Assembly: GCA_951406725.2 (NCBI GenBank)
Contig: OX597816.1
Location: 41,726,001-41,790,000, forward strand
Length of the DNA: 64,000 nt
Direction: 5' to 3'
Origin: Octopus vulgaris
Lineage: Eukaryota
Part shown: positions 13,301 through 27,014 of the stretch, piece by piece
Numbering within the stretch: the first letter of the stretch is position 1
Layout of the letters: each line of letters begins with the position of its first letter
Notes under the pieces: generated by a model
Databases searched by the model: none
Told to the model about the DNA's origin: nothing
What the model saw: the letters and a program-made list of their open reading frames with translations, nothing else
Position numbers and translations under genes: made by a program

Positions 13301-14279
13301 TGGTATGTATGTATGTATGTATGTATGTATGTATGTATGTATGTATGTATGTGTGTATGTATGCGTGTATGTATGTTTACGTGTGTGTGTCTGTGTGCTT
13401 GCATGTGTGTGTGTGTGTTTGTGTGCCTATTTCTGTGTGTAATATTCTATGTTTAACTTACAGAGATTTTATTCAATATAAACTTTTAATTCATGTGTTG
13501 GGATTTCATACTCGATTGGTGTAAGAGTTTTTGTTTCGCTGAGATGTATCAAGGTGTCAGCGTTTTTTTTTTTTCTGTGGGGGAATTTTCTTGGTACCGT
13601 TTGAATGCTAAGTGGATTTTTGTCATTTTATTTATTTCGTAATAATGTTATATAAAGCTGTTACAGTCCACAACACAAATATAAGGGTGGCTCGCATTTG
13701 TTGTCAAGGCATTTGAACGCGAATCCTGTAACGGGCTGATAGCAAACCTTCAGTGACGTGTGATCTTGACACCGGCATCATTTGAATGGAAACCTAGCGG
13801 CAGGCAGGAGGAAATAAATTCTGGGCTTTTAAGTATGATCTAAACAGTGAGTATTGGTTTTGGTTAGGGTGCATTTCTTGTGTGTATGTCTGGGACATGA
13901 GTGATGGGTGCAAATGATTTCACTTCTAAGCTTTTTCTACCGAAGAGGGAACAGCGTCGATATATTTGGATGTTAGAGTTCTAGAGTCATTTTATGTAGT
14001 TGTATATGGTGTTGAGTCATTTTGTGCTTATGGATGCTCCTGGGATGACTGATTTAGGAAAATCGTGTGGTAAGGGCGGATAGATTACGAATTGGGGACA
14101 ATGTCATTGCTCTAGTTCTAGATGAATTTATTTGCACGCGGTATTCGCTGACACAATTCAGGATCGGGGTAGCAGACACGGTTTAATCTTGAAACTGGAA
14201 TATTAGCAACACCTGCAGCTGTTTAATGCCTATAAGGTGATGTGAGATGCTAGTAATATTTGTGAAATATGTTGTTGTT

Positions 14280-14517
<238 letters not shown>

Positions 14518-14520
<3 letters not shown>

Positions 14521-15021
14521 TAGTTTTATTTTTATAGCTTGCTTTCACTTCACTACCGAGCGCAGCTCTGTGTGCTTTGGGTATGTGCTGTGATTTGTTG
14601 TGATGCTCTGATGGTTATTGTATGGAAAGTTTTCTGCGTAGGATGTGTGCAGTGCCTAGTAGTGCAATTTTCTGTATGTTATATGTGTTTGTAAGTCCTG
14701 GTGTTTTTGTTATGTATTTGTCTGAATATTTTTTTATCATGCCTAATGCACCTACTATGATAGGAATTGATTCTGTTTTCAGGTTCCACATTCTAGTTAT
14801 CTCTATTTCCAGGTCTTTGTATTTTGAGAGTTTCTCCATTTCTTATAGAGACACGTTGTCATCTGCTGGTATTGATACATCAATTAGAAAGCATTTTTTT
14901 TCTTCATGATCTCTGACAACTATATCTGGTCTGTTGGCCTTAATTTCTCTATCTGTGTGTATCGGCATATCCCAGAGTATGGTTGCTTTCTCGTTTTCTG
15001 TGACCTTTTCTGGTGTGTGCC
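14518..15021 (-). mobile_element. R4/Dong-clade non-LTR retrotransposon 3' end (restriction-like endonuclease), 5'-truncated
   Basis: ILWDMPIHTDREIKANRPDIVV...LIDVSIP...KLSKYKDL...IPIIVGALG...QKIALLGTAHILR = PD-D-x-x-K REL domain; flanked by (TAA)n on both sides, the known Dong target. Confidence 0.9.
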
Positions 15022-15038
15022 TATTATTATTATTATTA

Positions 15039-15108
<70 letters not shown>

Positions 15109-15112
15109 CATT

Positions 15113-17265
15113 GCTTTGCACAGCTTCTCTTTTAGGTCACACTCGCTGAGTCACTTCGATGATGCATCCTGTTTTTTTAAGTTGCTGGTTTCATGGTGGA
15201 ACTAACGATGTAATACCACAGAGAATAGGGTTCCTCCTGCTTCGTTGGCTGTTCTTATTCGGAATTCATGAGCGCTCTGAAGTCCCTTTTAACTCCTTCT
15301 GCACTAGCAGCATTCTGTATCACGTCTTCTTTGTTGCTTACCAAATATTGTGCCACGTTACATCTTTCACTGTTGATGCACATCTGTACAATAATCAGCC
15401 AACGTCCACCCTTACCTCTATTCATGTAGAGCCTGTGTACATTTGCGTTAGGATGGAGGGCCCCATGCATTGTCATTGTCTTTCGGGTAGTGCGATCGAG
15501 TTGGTCAATCTCCACTTGTGTTCATCTCATGGTGGATACACTATAGCGGACTAAAGCAGCAACCCATATGTTGATGGCAGTCACAAGGTTCCTTGAGTTG
15601 AGATTTGATTATAAGAAGAGTTTGACGCGCTTGAAATATGCAGTGATGACCTTGTCTTTCATTTCTCTGTCAAAAATTTTGTCCAGTTCCTGGATCCCAG
15701 GGTAATTGTATCCATCATCATCCGCGTCTTCCATTCTCTCTCTCCATTTGGCAATTCTATACCTTTACAGGCGCAGGAGTGGCTCTGTGGTAAGTAGCTT
15801 GTTTATCAACCACATGGTTCCTGGTTCAGTCCCACTGCGTGGCACCTTGGCCAAGTGTCTTCTACTATAGCCTCGGGCCGACCAAAGCCTTGTGAGTGGA
15901 TTTGGTAGACGGAAACTGAAAGAAGCCCGTCGTATATATGTATATATATATATACATATATATACATATATATATATATATATACGTGTGTGTGTGTTTG
16001 TGTGTCTGTGTTTGTCCCCCTAGCATTGCTTGACAACCGATGCTGGTGTGTTTATGTCCTCGTTACTTAGCGGTTAGGCAAAAAAGACCGATAGAATAAG
16101 TACTGGGCTTACAAAAGAATAAGTCCCGGGGTCGAGTTGCTCGATTAAAGGCGGTGCTCCAGCATGGCCGCAATCAAATGAGTGAAACAAGTAAAAGAGT
16201 AAAAGAGTATAGAGCAAAGAGTACAATTTACTTTTTCCCCCCGCTTCAAAATAGGCACCATGCAATTCAAGATACCGAATATCATCCCTATATCCTTGCT
16301 GCATATTTGCACAGTCTCAACCTGTCTTTCCATTGTTTCTCAGCTCATAGTTGATTTTATGTAGGACTACAGCAAGTGCGATTAAGGATATAGCAAATAA
16401 CAGAGGTGAACAAGAGTCTTCTTGGAAGATACCTCTTTTGATTGTTATCTCGGTTAAGTGCTGGTTGTTACGAGATAGACGCGTTTTCCAGCTACGAATG
16501 CTCTTCTTAATCAGTGCAGACACTTTCTCAGCATACCACACATGTTCCTGTATTTCCAAAGTCTACGAATGCGGCAAAATATCGTAAGTGTTTTTTGAAA
16601 TCTATTCAGGCCATGCATCATTTTTTTTGTACATTTTACAGTTCTTCATTATAATCTTGTCTATCACAAGGTAGTCCTTTCGTGTTCGTGGATCCTTTTC
16701 GCCATCCCTTTTGTTCTACTAGCAGACTGCTTTCTACAAGCAGCGTATATATTTTCCTTGCGAAGCTAACCTGTTAATAATTTCCATAGGAGGTTAAGAC
16801 AAGCAATGGGTCGGTAATTGCCAACCTCTTTGCCCTTTGACCGATCTTTCGTGAACAATGTTGTTCTTCCCTCTACTATCCACTCCGGAACTGTAAGCAA
16901 TTGTCTAACTGCAACGTAATTCTGTTGTGTTTTGACCTAAACCACTTGAGCCAGTAACCTTGAATTCCGTCTGGTCCTAACACTTTCCAGTTTGGTAGCT
17001 TAGATATCTGTGCAATGACATCTTCCGTTGTTATTCGCCCATGGTCCTGTCGTAGAGCCTCCGGGTGTCGTAGTTCGGATCTCACGGAGTGAATTCATTC
17101 AACACCGTGATTGTACGAAACTTCTTGTCCGCAGATGTTATTCCAAAATTGGCGGATTTCTCCTAATTCAGGAGGTGTATTAGGTTCTGTATTTCCTCTT
17201 AAGCCCTTAAAAAACTGCCTCTGGTTATTTGAGAAAAAACAGTTTTGCCTGAACTACGATATGCG
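15113..17265 (-). pseudogene. Decayed R4/Dong-clade reverse transcriptase
   Basis: Fragments RQNCFFSNNQRQFFK, KLPNWKVLGPDGIQGYWLK, IKRGIFQEDSCSPLLF, LDRTTRKTMTMHGALHPNANVHRLYMNRGKGGR; stops and frameshifts; interrupted by a SINE; (TAA)n flanks. Confidence 0.9.
15770..16210 (+). mobile_element. SINE family A, near full length, nested in the Dong-like LINE
   Basis: tRNA-like head ggcgcaggagtggctctgtggtaag...ggttcagtcccac, CORE-like caccttggccaagtgtc, internal TA/TG repeat, tail (agtaaaag)n. Confidence 0.92.
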
Positions 17266-17337
<72 letters not shown>

Positions 17338-17356
17338 GTCGTTGTTGATATTATAA

Positions 17357-17570
17357 TGGTAATGAGCTATTAGAATCGTTACTACGCCGAGTGAAATGTT
17401 TAGCGGCATTTGGTCGGTTTTTACTTTCTAAGATCAAATTCCGCCGAGGTCGAATCTGCTTTTCATCATTTCGGGGTCGATGAAATACGTATCAGTTACG
17501 CACTGGAGTCGATGTAATTGAATTTCCCCATCCACAAAATTTCAGGCTTTTTCCCTATAACAAAAAGGAT
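17357..17570 (+). mobile_element. SINE family B (Meta-domain-like)
   Basis: gaatcgttactacgccgagtgaaatg...caaattccgccgaggtcgaatctgcttttcatcatttcggggtcgatg; tail runs into (TTA)n. Confidence 0.85.
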
Positions 17571-17590
17571 TATTATTATTATTATTATTA

Positions 17591-17667
<77 letters not shown>

Positions 17668-18330
17668 TTATTGTTATTATTTTTAAAAACCATCTACCTG
17701 GGTTTTTCATTAGCGCGTATACAAATAACCTTTCTCTAGGCTTAAACATGGAATCCTGTGTCTTGTTAAACCTAAATGCAAATTTCAGACCTATCTGGAT
17801 TATTTTTCTTCTATCAAAAATATATCTTAAAGATATATTAAACTGATTCAAATATGTAGATGCATTCTGTAGTGCAGTATTTTGTGAACCTAGAGAAAAA
17901 ATTATTGTAAGTGAGATTATTCAACATCTTCACTCTTCATATTTAGAAAAAAACTATCACATTTCTACCTCTGTTTTTGATTCACTGAAATGTGATTCTC
18001 ATGTTTCAAATGCCTTAAGTCATGCCTTAGTGTGTTACATATTCGATACGAATGCCAACTCTTAGTTAAGGAATCTTTCATGCATCAGTGGCCAAGTAAC
18101 CTCTGCTTGGACTTACATTTTTGATTTTAAGATACATAAATAATCATTTAAATATTCTATTGCATATAGGCAAATTAATATATTATACACGTAGTTACTT
18201 GTCAATTGTAGTTGTAGCTCTATGAAATGAAAGTATAAATATAACGATTGTTAGATTTATTGCTGCTATAATACCTGTAATTTTCCGCTATTAATTCTCG
18301 TACAAAATTCTTTTTTTTTCTTGTTTCCAG

Positions 18331-18374
18331 CGATTAGCCAAATACTACGTATTGCATGAACAGTGAAAAACGGG
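18331..18374 (+). other. Candidate short exon
   Basis: Strong polypyrimidine acceptor tctttttttttcttgtttccag and donor gtgagc; contains ATG AAC AGT GAA AAA CGG G (MNSEKR, phase 1). Confidence 0.35.
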
Positions 18375-19883
18375 GTGAGCATATAAGCGCACTGCATTTA
18401 TTTTCTTTATCTTTTCAAAAACCATAGCAAATTAACACATGAAACAAATAAGAATTAATTTTTAAACCAGTAACAGACAACAATGTCGTGTGCAAACACA
18501 AACCAAAACATTATGATGAATATAACACTCCAATTTTCCATTTCAATTAACTGGAGTCATAATATTTCTGTTACTGGATATAGTTGTATTATAGAGATAT
18601 GAGCGGCGTAACAAATAGTTTTTAAATATATTAGTTATAAAAAATCTTACAATTGCATAATGCATTGATTAAACAGTGCTTCAAGAATTATTAATGAATT
18701 TCAAAAGATTCCATTCTTTTGTCATATTATTCAAATCGTGTAGTCAACTTGAAAAGCAACTTTGCTAATTTCCTAATTAATTTTTTCAAAACTGAGGAAA
18801 TCAATGGTTATTTTCACATGGTAACAGTATGAAGACGACCGAAGTAGAAACAAGTATGATTAAATTACTTTCGTCTTCCTTCTAGTTCATGTACGGCAGT
18901 AGTCAATTTCAGCCGTGAAAAGTTTACCAAAATATGATATACCATACTATTTTCACAAGGATCAATTCGCAGAAATATTCTTCCAGAAGCAAATATTCAC
19001 CCTGTTATATACGATACACAAATTATTATATTTCTCCCTTTGTGATGTAGTAGACTTCAAAGATTTTGTTGTTGAACTGTGTAGCTTACAAAGGCGAAAT
19101 TTTCGGTTCTAATTCAGATACGTCTTTAATACATGATGCATATTTTTTATCATTCTTCATATTTCACTTTCCATATTAATATGCATTTATTATGTACGTA
19201 GATAATACATCTATGTAGTTCTCGCAGCTTAGGTTATTCTACTAAAACCTCAATTTCTTGCAAGGTCACAGATCACTAAATATTCTTCCTTTACTTTGGT
19301 TTTACTTCCGTTCCACGAAGTCATTACGTCAGTTACTCACTGGTCACAACATTTGTCGTTTCAAATTCTATAAGAAGCGGTTTCTCTCCCTTGGGTTAAA
19401 GCAACTATATTTCTGATGAGTGAATGCCACTTTGGATTGTTCACCTGACATGCGGTCGACGCTGTGAAGGGAAGACAAAATATATAGATAAATATCGTGT
19501 TTCCTACAGCCTTAGTAAAATTATATCATCCTTAGAATGCTAGAGTACTACTGTGAATATGGAAGCACATAAGAATTCTGAATAAAGAAAAGACAAAATA
19601 TCGAGAAGCTTCTTATCTAAAGGTGTAACTATTTATCCAGTTACTGTTTCCATCTAAGTTTTAGGATTGACTAAATTAAGCCTTGTACGCCGTTGGAACT
19701 ATTTATCAATAAAGAAGGATTGCAGTTTTCATCACGGTGAGTTTTTACAATATATATGCTTGGAGGCATTGAAGAAAAATGTAGTAATGTGGCTGGTGCC
19801 GTAAATACAACCAAAATGATTTGTCACTGGAAAATTATTGTCAAAGGTAATTTAGAAGGTAGTAAGGTGCAACATTTTAAGTT

Positions 19884-19942
<59 letters not shown>

Positions 19943-19950
19943 ATAATAAT

Positions 19951-20500
19951 AATAATAATAAAGATGCTCTGATGCAGTACCAAGCAGTGACTCTCGTGGC
20001 TTCTGATCTTAACTGATTGGAAATGTTATCATGTACATTGATTTGTCTTGGTATAAAAGATGGGCTACAGCAAATATTCTGCTCAATACCACAGATTTGA
20101 TTGTCAGTTGTTTGATCGTAACCAGTTGAGCATGTCCCTTAGTGGCTGACGATATGTGCATCTCTGATCACGAGCAGAAGTAGTTGTGGAGCATCATAGC
20201 CATGTGTTGAGAGGGATTCTTTGGGGTTCGAATAATTCACCTCTGGAAACATGAGCGTTTTGTCCAACATCCTTATTCAGGGACCATTTGAGCGGGATGG
20301 GCTACTCGACTAGAAGAAATTTCTAACTAGGCTCTACCTGCAAGGTCATGTGCTGTTTATCACCATGTCGCGCACATATTGTTGTGATGCATGCGCCTAG
20401 TGTACCCTAATCAGACGGGTAGTCATGATGGGTATACTGAGCTTCGTATATTTTACCACAGTGTCACTTTGATGGTATGCACTGCTCTCTCACTCAATAA
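19951..20500. mobile_element. Unclassified ~550-bp insert flanked by (ACT)/(AAT)n
   Basis: Complex, more GC-rich block with sharp (TAA)-type microsatellite boundaries on both sides; no ORF. Confidence 0.5.
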
Positions 20501-21043
20501 TAATAATAATGATAATAATAGTGATAGAATTACTAGTCACTAATCTGGTAGAGAAACGTCATTTTGGCACTCAGTAGGAACGTGGAGTTGCATAAGTAAA
20601 CTTGATAATTTTAATATTAGTAACTGTAAAAGTAGGTAAGCTTACTTAGTGCAACATAGTATCAGATTAAGAAGAGGAAATAAACTACGATTTAAAGATA
20701 CATCAAGAAGCTTCGCAGTAGACAGTTTTACAATTATTCGCAGTTGGATTCATTTTGCTTGGTCACGAATTAATTTATATTTCTTCCGTACATGCAGATG
20801 AATATATATTAATGTTCAACATTACAAGTTACTATATCGGAATATCATGTGCTTCGTGCATGATATTATCGATTCCTAAAATTCCTCGAAACATGAACAT
20901 TTTTGAGAAAAGATACATTTGATTAAGGGTAACCCTCAGTATGACAGTAATACATCTGTATGCGTAAATTCAATGACAAAATGCTAATTGTACACTTATA
21001 TCACCCTCCCTCTCTCTTTCTCTGAATATATATATATATATGT

Positions 21044-21077
<34 letters not shown>

Positions 21078-21143
21078 ATAGTATATGTGTGTAGTGTGTG
21101 TGTGTAATCTACAAAGAGAAATAAATGTGTACGTGTGATTTTT

Positions 21144-21174
<31 letters not shown>

Positions 21175-21181
<7 letters not shown>

Positions 21182-21320
21182 TAAATTAGAGATAAAACCA
21201 CTATTAGGCAAATCATACAATGAAAAATGTAAGCCAATACATAAGATTAATTAATTTATATTATTTTAAATATATATCAAAATTATTAAAAAAAGATAAT
21301 TAGTATAACACTACGATCGT
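21175..21320 (-). mobile_element. PLE-like tail fragment in (TA)n
   Basis: Shares aattagaga(t/c)aaaaccactatt with 32690 and 59815; ends at acactacgatcgt (minus strand acgatcg-ta-gtgt, hammerhead 3' half). Confidence 0.55.
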
Positions 21321-21989
21321 TATATATATATATGTGTGCATGGACGCATATATATATATTGTGCTATCTAATATATAATTTGAGAAGCAAATACCTTGTA
21401 TTTAGTACTAAATGTGTACGGTATTCCTGATAGTATTATTGTGAGTTTATGGGCACGAATCAATAATAGTTTGGGTATGCCACGGGTTACTGATGTTACT
21501 GGCGGTTACAGACTCCTGGTATTTAAAATTTCTACTCATCTCAAACGTTTTGTCAATGCTTTCTGAATATGTAATATATCTCGGGGATGGTAGGTGATGG
21601 TTCTGCAATTTCTGACCTGAACATCTGCACAATTGATATGTTTATAATGATGAAATGTTCGTGTTGCATATAATAATACACCCTACATGAAATTAATGCG
21701 GCATTTTCGGGTGCACTATGTACCACAATCAGATATTGGATTGAGTGTAGAGCAGCATGTGATGAATTGTCTACTCAAAAAAAGACAACGTACCTCCGGG
21801 TCTCACGGCCGTCACTCATACTTCTAAGCACCAGGAAGAGAGGCCTCAACAATAGACGAGTATCAGCTGGAAGATGCACTGGCTGATCAAGGTACTTTTG
21901 TGGAAACTGATCAAATGAGGTTTAGTTTGCAACATAGTTCTCGTTGTATCCTTCATAACTCCTCCATCGATATTACCATGCTTGGATCC

Positions 21990-22165
21990 CATAGGTAAAA
22001 CACGTTCACAGCATCGGATATAACGTCATCATCGCTGCGATAATGAAATACAGCCAAGTGATGTTTCATTTTGAGAAACAGATGATAGTTAGATGAGGCC
22101 AATTCAGAAGAATAATAGAGGGTTATCAACTACTTCAAAGCCACAGTCGCGCAAACCATCTTCTG
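21990..22165 (-). pseudogene. mariner transposase C-terminal remnant
   Basis: RDCGFEVVDNP/YSSELASSNYHLFLKMKHHLA...YRSDDDVI, a degenerate YSPDLAPSDYHLF. Confidence 0.7.
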
Positions 22166-22424
22166 GAGCTAAGTACTTGTTGTAAGGAAACAAATCTCCT
22201 TTCGTCAGTTTTCCTACGTGTTTCGTTTTGATAGTCTTTCGTAACCGCTTTGTTGAGTTGTTGTGTGTATGTGTGTGCGTGTATGTGAGAGTGTGTAAAA
22301 GAGACAATGAGAGAGTGAAAGAGAGAGAAAGAGAGTGAGAGAAAGAGAGTGAGGATGAGCATTTTAAAGGCGGTGAAGGAGTGGGAGAGGTAGAGAAATA
22401 AATAATGCATGGGCGAGAGGTATA

Positions 22425-22650
22425 TATTTCTTTACTGCCCAGAAGGGGCTATAACATAGAGGGGACAAACAAGGACAGACGAAGGGATTGAGTCGATTAT
22501 ATGGCCTCTAGTGTGAAACTGGTACTTTATTTATCGACCCAGAAAGGATGAAAGGCAAAGTTGACCTCGGCAGAATTTGAACTCAGAAGGTAACGCAGAC
22601 GAAATACCGCTAAGCATTTCGCCCGGCGCGCTAACGCGTCTGCCAGCTAT
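22425..22650 (-). mobile_element. SINE family B
   Basis: Reverse complement of the 60857 copy (tttatcgacccagaaaggatgaaaggcaaagttgacctcggcagaatttgaactc). Confidence 0.9.
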
Positions 22651-23750
22651 GGGCGAGAGATATAAACACTAAATAAGTTTTGCACGCGTGCCTGGATGCG
22701 TGGAGCGGGTGCGTGAGCCATTGGCGGTAAAAGACTTCCCTCTGAATGGCGTATTTTGTAATCTCTACTACTTGACAGCTACAGTAACTTTTTACTAATT
22801 TTAATCATGTAGTTCAAACATAACCTCATAAACGTGACAATTTTATAAGGTATAGATATATGTATGCATATCTGTCCATGTACTTACATGTATATATGAA
22901 TGTATGCATATGAATGTAAGTATGTATATGTGGGTGCACGTGTATCTCTGTGTGTGAGTGTACCCTTACGTGCATGAAAGGAAAAAATGGCAGATAAAGC
23001 GGAAAACCATTGTATGGTCAATAGCTCAGTTGGCAAAACAGCGTGTTGAGTCAGACAATCTCTTGGTGGAATACAGAGTTGCGGCCTTTCTTTATGGAAA
23101 TAATTTGACCCACATGAAGAACATAATTGCATGCGTAGGAAATCATGGATCTTTCAGTATTCGAATGGCAATGATTAATATTGAACATGCTAAGAGCAGG
23201 TGACATGTAAGAAGATAATGTATTTATGTAATATATATATATATATCACAAAATAGACAGTGTAAGATTGAGAGAGAATCACACAGACAGACACTCACAC
23301 ACGCTCATGCATGTACACATATATACATATGTATATATGTATATATATATACATATACGTGTATATATATATATATATATGACAGAGAAAACTGAATTAC
23401 AGCGAAAGATATAGTGAAATAAATTTGCGTAAATCAGTGTAAGAAGACATGTCTACGTAATTTAGAAACCATACAAATTTTGTGTGAGCGTTTATGTAAC
23501 TAAATATCAGCATTAGATTCCATATTTTATTGAAAAAAGAAAAAAATATGAATCATATACATATACATAAAGACACACTTAGTGAATTTAATTAAATTGC
23601 ATGGATATTTTAATCAGCTCTGTCACAAGTTATTAAATGCGAACGTTATTACATTCAGAAATAGTAACATATATAATTATATAAAACACATACAAATATA
23701 AAACTATTTGACATGTGTGAGTGTATGTGTGTGTGTGAGAGTGTATGTGT

Positions 23751-23785
<35 letters not shown>

Positions 23786-23989
23786 CGTGCGTGCCTGTGT
23801 GTGTGTATAAAAGTGTTCTGGATAAATTTACCGATTTTGGTCCCCTTTTTTCCCCCTGTATAGCTGAACGTATTTGTAAATATCCAACAGCATTAGAGAG
23901 CATGGAGATTAAAGCTGTATTTGAAATAAAGTTACCCTACATGTAGGACTAGATTCCCTTGTAATATTGCAAAAGATTTACCTTTATGA

Positions 23990-24205
23990 CAATGTCTTTC
24001 CCCGGGTATCAAAATGCCGACATCAGGAATGCTGTTCAATGTTCTATGCCCACTGTACAGGCTGTAAGATGTGACATGGAAAGCCGCAACAGAAGTCACA
24101 GAGCCGCGGTCCGTGGTAAAGCTCAAAGCAGGCGTTCTGGAACAACAGAATTCATCCAGGACATGGTGATGAAAAGTTCGACCAATGTATTAGCGTCTTT
24201 GGGCT
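23990..24205 (+). pseudogene. Tc1/mariner-superfamily (DD37D/maT-like) transposase N-terminal HTH remnant
   Basis: GYQNADIRNAVQCSMPTVQAVRCDME...RGKAQSRRSGTTEFIQDMVMKS resembles the paired-like HTH and R-x-x-R-T-x-E linker. Confidence 0.45.
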
Positions 24206-24570
24206 AGAGAGATGTGTGTTGAAGTTGAAACTGGCTCTGAATAGTCTTAAATATCTTGTTGGGGCCGAAGTGATCTGGTTCTCAGATGAAATGAAATTCT
24301 GCCAAGAAAAGTTGCACAACAACCACAGAAACAGGTGACGTGTCTACAATTGATGTGACGCCTACTCCTATGATTAAATTTCACCTAAACTATGGTAGTC
24401 GCTAGATGATTTTCGTGACAGGATGATGTCACGTTGCCCTACTTATTTTAACCGAGCCAGCTTAAAGCTTCATTCGGACTGATGGGGGAAGCGTGGTGAA
24501 GAGGGCTGCTACTGGGTGACCGTTTGCATGACAACATGATTCGATTCATTGTCAAATATTTTCTCATATC

Positions 24571-24609
24571 GTCTCTGATGAAGGGATATCCCAAAAACAG
24601 CTGTAAGAC
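24571..24609 (+). ncRNA. Hammerhead ribozyme motif (degenerate GAAA)
   Basis: gtct-CTGATGA-a-gggatatccc-a-AAAA-cagctg-TA-agac; same family as 54603. Confidence 0.6.
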
Positions 24610-24719
24610 TATTCTATTATAAATGATAAATGTCCTGAAAACTCCTTACAGCGTTGGCTTTGTCATCTCATCCTGTCTAATATACATATATGACGTATAT
24701 ATATATATATATATATATA

Positions 24720-25335
24720 TAGCGGTATCAAAACGTTCCTGCACTAGTTATGTTTAATAAAAAAAAAACTTATTTACCTAACATCATATTCTTCGAAGTA
24801 GTCTCCATGGGCAGCAATACACGAGTTAAAGCGTTCCTGCCACATTTAGAATCCAACTTTTAAGTACATTTCGGAAAGCGAGTCGAGCTCATTCTGCGAT
24901 TTGCTCTGAATCTCAACAACTTTTTAGCTGCTTTGTTATCTAGGGGAAGTCCACATGTGCTAAATCTAGCGACAAAAGCGTTTGCCGAAGCGATATAATG
25001 TTTTGTTGGGGGAGAAACTCACGAGTGAGGAAAGCTTGGTGACGGGGTGCATTATCATTATGAAAAATCCAATCCTTCGTGCTCTACATATCCGGTTGTT
25101 CTCGCTGAATTCCCTCCTTCAACGCTTCAAATTGTCGCATTAGATTTCTGCATTGAGGGTCGGGCCCAAGGAAAAGAATTCTTCATGCGCAATAATGGTG
25201 ATGTTAGAAATAACAATGAGCATGCTCTTGATAGGGCTGCGACTTTGTCGTGCTTTTCCGGTCGAGAAAAAAATGGAGGGCTCTTCCGTGCAGTGCCTGT
25301 AGACCAAACTCTCGTCACTGGTGATGATCTTTGAT
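24720..25335 (-). pseudogene. mariner DD34D transposase remnant with one TIR-like end
   Basis: KIITSDESLVY, KSMLIV, WIFHNDNAPRH, SLDLAHVDF, WQERFNSCIAAHGDYFEE; many stops. Confidence 0.8.
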
Positions 25336-25539
25336 GTGAAACATGGACTTCAACACGATGTCACTCGGTACACTACTTCATGACAATGACTACTAGTGTC
25401 ACTGATCACGTAACAATGTGCTGCCAATTGTTGGCGTGCTACAGAACATGCATACACACGTACGCACACACACATACCTATTCATTTATATGTACATATA
25501 TATATACGCATGGATATGAGTGTGTACAGACACACTCAT

Positions 25540-25960
25540 GTGCATGTATATGCGTACGCGCGCACATGTATTTGCACTCATGCGCATAGCAAGCGTTTGG
25601 ATTGGTATGCGTTGGGGGTTGGTAAGCGTTCCTGTTTGGTAATTATCACTCATGCTCATGACGTTGGTTGGATGCAATGAAACTAGTGCAGGTAGTGCAG
25701 AGTAGCATCTGGTACTAAGGGTGATATATCCGCGTTGTCGGCAGTCAGAGGCTTGTAATTTATCGGAAGGGCATAGCTCTGGTGACAACAGTAACATCAA
25801 TCGTATTTCTTGTTGATGGATCCTGCGGGTTGTTCAACGATAAGCAGTTTGTCGCGGGTGCAGAGCTGGTGTTGGTGGTGCTGTATCAATATGGTAGCAC
25901 CCTGTCGACAATAGTCTACCGCACCGCAGTTCTACCATATTCACTCACTTTCACCGACCG

Positions 25961-25998
<38 letters not shown>

Positions 25999-26950
25999 AC
26001 CTACCCCCGTCCATCCTCCCTCTTAAGCACAAACTCACCCACAACATTCGCATTCTTCTTTCTGACCCAACAGCCGCCCCTAACTTTTCTACACCACCTC
26101 TCCTGTCTTTTAAAAAAGATAGGAAACTTAGAAATATCGTTGTTAAAAGTTTCACGCTACCTAGCTCCGCACAACCAAGAACCTTTAAATGTTTTCGCCG
26201 ACGATGTAACACATACTCCTGCATCAACAATATTACTACCATCAAGGGGCCCAAAATGCAATATCATATAGCGCACGACGTCTGTTCCACTTCAGCGAAT
26301 CTCATGTATTGCATCATATGCAAACTCTGCGGGGCTCTTTACGTTTGGAGAAACAGGGCAACGCCTTGGGGATCGTTTTCCCGAACACATCAGAAGCATG
26401 AAGCTACATATGCCAGGCCAATCTGTTACCACCCACTTCGACACTACGAATCATTCTATTGCAGATTTATCAGTGTGTGGTATATATGGCCTTGCACCAC
26501 GGATCCCCCTTTCTGTAGGACAAGAACACAGCAATGTCTCATATTTGAGCTTGACACTATGCCCACAACAGGTATCAATGACCCTTTTTTCCTTTCATGC
26601 TTTCATCTCCTCTTAATTCATTTTTATCCTTTTTAATCTTCCTTCCACACTCTCTCAGCAACATTCACGTATTTACTTAACTCACTCTCTCTATCACCCT
26701 TTTCCTTTCTGCACGCCCTCTCTTGTGACTCCTGTTTCACGTTAGCAGCCCGTGTTATTCTGCGGCCATTATCAGTTGCAGTCAGTTTTTCAAGCTCAGA
26801 GGATGTAAAGTCTGCTTGACTTTTTCTCCTTTTCTTCTCTTTTTCGCTGCCCGCTGACGAAGGATTGAATCCAAAACATTGGATATTCCTCTCCTCGCGG
26901 TAATTTCACTATACCCGTTTCACCTTTTTCCATATTTTTAGAATCCTTGC
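25540..26950 (+). mobile_element. Penelope-like element remnant (GIY-YIG endonuclease plus hammerhead) with an inverted upstream segment
   Basis: PPLLSFKKDRKLRNIVVKS...CFRRRCNTYSCI...CSTSANLMYCIICKLCGALYV (PLE CCHH/GIY-YIG); hammerhead 26851-26882; minus strand near 25900 gives a frameshifted DKG-like motif. Confidence 0.8.
26851..26882 (+). ncRNA. Decayed hammerhead ribozyme of the PLE pLTR
   Basis: ccg-CTGACGA-a-ggatt-g-aatcc-AAAA-ca-tt-gg; GAAA>AAAA and CG>CA are CpG-type changes. Confidence 0.6.
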
Positions 26951-26978
26951 CGACGCAGAACTATCAGATTATTGCCTG

Positions 26979-27014
<36 letters not shown>

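Noticed and set aside
13560-14240. Possible old LINE 3' fragment
   Set aside because: No diagnostic motif could be read confidently
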